Below are positions 60,210-64,000 of a stretch of DNA of 64,000 nt, piece after piece. How positions within the stretch are numbered: the stretch's first letter is position 1; each line of letters starts with the position of its first letter. A program made the translations under genes and the position numbers. The notes beneath the pieces were generated by a model, which was not told where the DNA came from, ran no database searches, and saw only the letters and a list, made by a program, of their open reading frames with translations. Source of the stretch: Lingula anatina (Eukaryota; Animalia; Brachiopoda). The stretch is taken from contig CM120647.1 in the NCBI GenBank assembly GCA_051362555.1, positions 13,306,651 to 13,370,650 on the forward strand. The letters run 5' to 3'.

Positions 60210-63200
60210 ACAGTCACTATGTAGTTTGAAATTCAGAAAAATTTTAATCTATTTTGGCCCTCCTTATTCCAGTATCTCAGCAAGAACCTAGGGGCCGACC
60301 CCCTTATATTTGGCTACCTCCAGAGCACCTGTGGGGTAGCCCAGTTGTTTGGTGGAATTCTATTCGGTAGATTTGGCGATGTGTTTGGGAGTAGAGTAGC
60401 CTTGACATTGGCCTTTCTGGCAGCGGCCATGTATTACTTCATGCTTGGAGCTGCGTACTCACTGCCGATGTTGTTCGCCTCCAGTTTGCCGAGTCTTCTA
60501 ATGCATTGTATGACAGGTGAGTGGATATTAAAGGAAAGAGATAAATACCTTTTTTGCCAAAAATATTAAAAGAACAAATAATAATAGTAATAAAATTAAA
60601 AATAGATAAATAAATAAATAGACATTTTCTGTCAGGGTTCTGATATTGTATCAATTTTGAAAGGAAAAATCTTTTTTCAGGGAAATGAAATGTTGTTGTG
60701 ATGTACATGATGCATTATTGATTAAAATCATCAAAAATAAGCCAGCTTAATTAAGATCATTATCATTGTTATTTTTAAAACAAAGATGTCAAGCTTCCTA
60801 GACACCTTTACTTAATATTATAATAATCATTGATTTGCTTATAAGAATTACATGAATGAAAGTTTTCATGATTATGCCTGATTTCAGGATTTTAAGTCTT
60901 CATTTTGATCTATTTTTCATATGGTCTTAATGCAATGAGAAATGACAAGCTACCCTTTCAGGATTTTCAGTTTTTTACAGCTTTCGCACATGGATTTACT
61001 AGATAATTCTAATGTTTTATTTTATAGGTGGTCAGATGGTGATAACAGACCTCACAGACAGTGAGCGGAGAGCCGACGCCCTGGGAAAACTGTGGCTGTC
61101 GTACGGAATGGGCTCCGTTATCGGGCCGTTCATTGGTGGTTTTGTAAACAAGCACTACAGGTAAAGGACATTGGGATGTTCCTTTGATATAATTCTTTTG
61201 AGTGAGAGATTATATTTAAGATAGAAGAAATAAAAGTTGAAGTGTATTAAGATAATGTGAAATAGCAATATATTGATAATGCACAAGAATGTCGAAATTG
61301 ACTGAATATTTTCTGTGCATTGCTTTTTTCAGAAGTATAATCAATTACTTTTCAATAACTTATTTTAGTTGAAACTAATATTTTTTTTAAATGCTTAATT
61401 ACACATTACATCGTGTACAGAGCCAAGGTCAGGTGACCTTAACTGTAAACTTCCTCCATTTTTTAATTATTCGGTTTCATACACAGCATAAAATGTGTCC
61501 TTGACACAAACAGTTCATTAATAACCAACAAGATGCAAATCAAAAAAATCATTAAGCTAGGGAAGGTGCAGTATACTATGGGGAAACCAGAACACAAAAT
61601 ACAGATTATTTTTTGCACCAGGACAATTCAAAATAATTGGAAAATGTCACTTTTTTTTTTTTTAATCAGTGAACAAACAGCTGCGTTTGTGGCGTGTGCA
61701 GGGTCAATGTTAAGCGTGGTCCTGGTGTGGTGTTTTGTTCCCCACAACACCAAAAAACTGGCACCAACTGCAGCTGAACTGGATGATGTGGAGCCAAGTG
61801 ATCAAGACAAAGAGGCCGTAAAAGGTATGTGCATCAACATGGGTTTTCCCGGAGAGCTAGTCATCATTTGAACTGCCATTAGCCTCAAAAGACAGCCTAT
61901 ATTTCAAGAGATGGCTGGACGGCTTACAAAGTTTTTGGGTTGGTTGGGCTTGTTTGGACTGGACTCCCCGTAAATTGATGACCAAATTACAGATTCCCTG
62001 TGCCCCAAACCTGGTTCTTTTCTGTGTAAATTAAAACTGTAAGGTTCTGTATATATATATATATATATTAGGTAGCCTGCTTTCAGTTTTGCTGCTACCG
62101 CTCAATAGGAATGTTCTTATTTTAAGACTTCATGACTTTAAAAAACAGTATTTTTTAAAATTCACAATTTGTCCCATTGAAACGTTCAAGTCATTCATTA
62201 CTGTAGTCAATGGTCAGTGAAATTAGGAATATATCACATAGATATACACTGTGCCAGTATTCATAAACAGGCATAGGAATGCACCAATCATAGATTTTAT
62301 GATTCTTATTTAATATTTCAGAATCTCCTGAGAACAAAGGCAGCAGTGTTTGTGATATAAAAAAGCTTTTCCGCTTATTAACCATTCCTGATGTGGGGTT
62401 CTTTCTTGCAGTAAAAGCTTTATCAGGTTTGTATGTAACCTCTGTGAAATTTGTTACTTTGTAGGTGCATGGGCAAAACTTTTAGCAGTTTCTGTTTATA
62501 GCCATTTGTCCTTCTGTTATGTATGGTAAAATATTAAAAACATAAAAGGTGTGAGACACTGAAATAGCAAAATTTAATGCACCACTTCTTTTTGATTGCT
62601 AATCAGGTATACCACATTCAAATCTGTTCTCAGAATTACAATCTATAATCTGTTTTTGAGAACAACTTTGGATAGGATATACCTTAATTGGTGGCAAAAC
62701 AATAACTATTGAAATATTCAGAAAAACTGACATTTTTGCTACTCAGTAAACAAAGCAGGGATGATATATTTTGACTATTGGTAGATCTCTGACAAACTGT
62801 TTATGTGTACACTTAACACTTTCTTTTCTATGTTTTCTCAGGAATGCCGTATGCTGTATTCCAGTCCATGTTCCCAGTGGTGGCAATGACAGTGTTTAAT
62901 TTACCTGCAGATAAAAATGGATATATTTTATCTTATCAGGCAGTTTTAACGATGGTAATGGTTTTGTGTAGCTACTTGTATACCTGTAGGATACATTTAA
63001 AAAGTAAAAGGAAAACCTAGATAATGAACACAACTACGTCTCTGTAAAGTTAACAGTATATGACAGTATGGCCCTGCCTCCACATGCGCCGTCGCTGCAG
63101 GGGCCTAGCAGTTAAACCTCGGAGCCAAGATCTAATCCTTTTAATAGCGTGTGTTGAGGTGGGGGACCATCAGGAATCGGCACCATCTCTTTTGAAGTGT

Positions 63201-63777
63201 GGTTGACCATATTTAGTTGGTGTATCAGTTAGTACTCGGATCATCTATTCTGAACGGGTCCTATGCCTGACATATTTTTGGCCCTGATTTAGACTGGCTG
63301 TAGATGTTTTCACCTCCTTGGGGAGGATATACTCAACCTGCCATGTGAGATTTTCCATTGACTCTTGAGATTTTTCATTGACTCTCGTCTAATGATGATA
63401 AAATGTTTAACTTGTCTAAACAAGATGACTTCAATGAGTCAGTCATGTGACTAAGCCGTTTGAGGAAGAGTCAAAAAGCCATGCCTCATAGGTAGATAAA
63501 GTGAATGCAGTCTCTTTAGAAATCTTTCTTGTATACGTTTTATTAATGTAGGTACTATAATTTTTAACACAGATTTTGCACTTGATAATAAAATATACAG
63601 TATGTAAAATATATGATTCGAAGGTTTAACACCAAATATTCTGTAATTTTTTTTTTTTTTTTTTTATTATTCCAGCTCTCTCAAGGGTTTGGGGTTGGGT
63701 TTCTGACATCAAGATTCAGTGATGGTGCCCTCCTCAAGTTCTGCTTTGTGATATTTACCTTGTCATATTTATTAATG
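59477..63777 (+). CDS. SLC22A18: SLC22A18-like MFS transporter, 5' portion (continues past the window). Exons 59477-59590, 60273-60516, 61028-61160, 61670-61824, 62322-62426, 62842-62954, 63676-63777; probable non-coding exon ending at 57942
   Basis: LPYLSKNLGADPLIFGYLQSTCGVAQLFGGILFGRFGDVFGSRVALTLAF (MFS motif A) and QMVITDLTDSERRADALGKLWLSYGMGSVIGP resemble SLC22A18; YY1-like CCGCCATCTT at 57828. Confidence 0.85.
59647..59821. mobile_element. CAGGCCCGTAGC-family MITE with 5-bp TSD TGTAC
   Basis: tgtac-caggtctgtagc ... gctacaagcctg-tgtac; internal similarity to the copy at 13840. Confidence 0.8.
60147..60206. repeat. (AT)n microsatellite
   Basis: Direct reading. Confidence 0.95.
63068..63281 (+). 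ncRNA. Candidate structured intronic RNA, family not recognised
   Basis: GC-enriched island with two multi-branch stems that rely on G-U pairs, ending in ACA+tat and ATTTTTGG. Confidence 0.3.
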
Positions 63778-64000
63778 GTGAGGACATTTTACAGGTTTCA
63801 CTGCATATTTAAACTGCCAGTTCTATTGGTCATGACTTACAAAACTTTCAAGGACCAGTTGATCATTTTGCTCTGTCAGTAAGATGTGTGAAAAGTCTTC
63901 TGGTTTGGTAGATTATTTTTCATACATGTAACTGTTGAATGTCCGGTTGTTTTGAATAGAATAATCCACATTCTCCATAGAATTATTCCAGAAAAGAAAA

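Noticed and set aside
63061-63150. HDV-like ribozyme or telomerase RNA
   Set aside because: I could not build the nested double pseudoknot, and CTAATCCT is not a TTAGGG template; kept only as a generic structured-RNA candidate.

Overview
AT-rich, intron-rich animal genomic DNA (GT-AG introns, microsatellites, many MITEs), probably from a marine invertebrate such as a lophotrochozoan; the species cannot be identified from sequence alone. Genes assembled by hand, in order: 3' half of PAS kinase (PASK); an intronless STELLO/DUF288 glycosyltransferase; three tandem NNMT/PNMT/INMT-family methyltransferases (the third lacks exon 1); a SAM-methyltransferase-fold protein with a degenerate SAM loop; a 199-aa unknown protein; two short lipase/phospholipase A1-like paralogs; MFF (minus strand) head-to-head with a 7-exon REC114 that the ORF track does not reveal; and the 5' part of an SLC22A18-like MFS transporter. 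Notable non-coding structure: a 935-bp near-perfect foldback element with an 8-bp TSD, a broken copy of it at the deletion that removed exon 1 of NNMT copy 3, a permuted STELLO fragment in an NNMT intron, decayed duplicates of splice junctions in several genes, a MITE family with 5-bp TSDs, and a candidate structured intronic RNA. All alignments and translations were done by eye and no database searches were run. I found no clear new multi-gene system; the leads are individual oddities.
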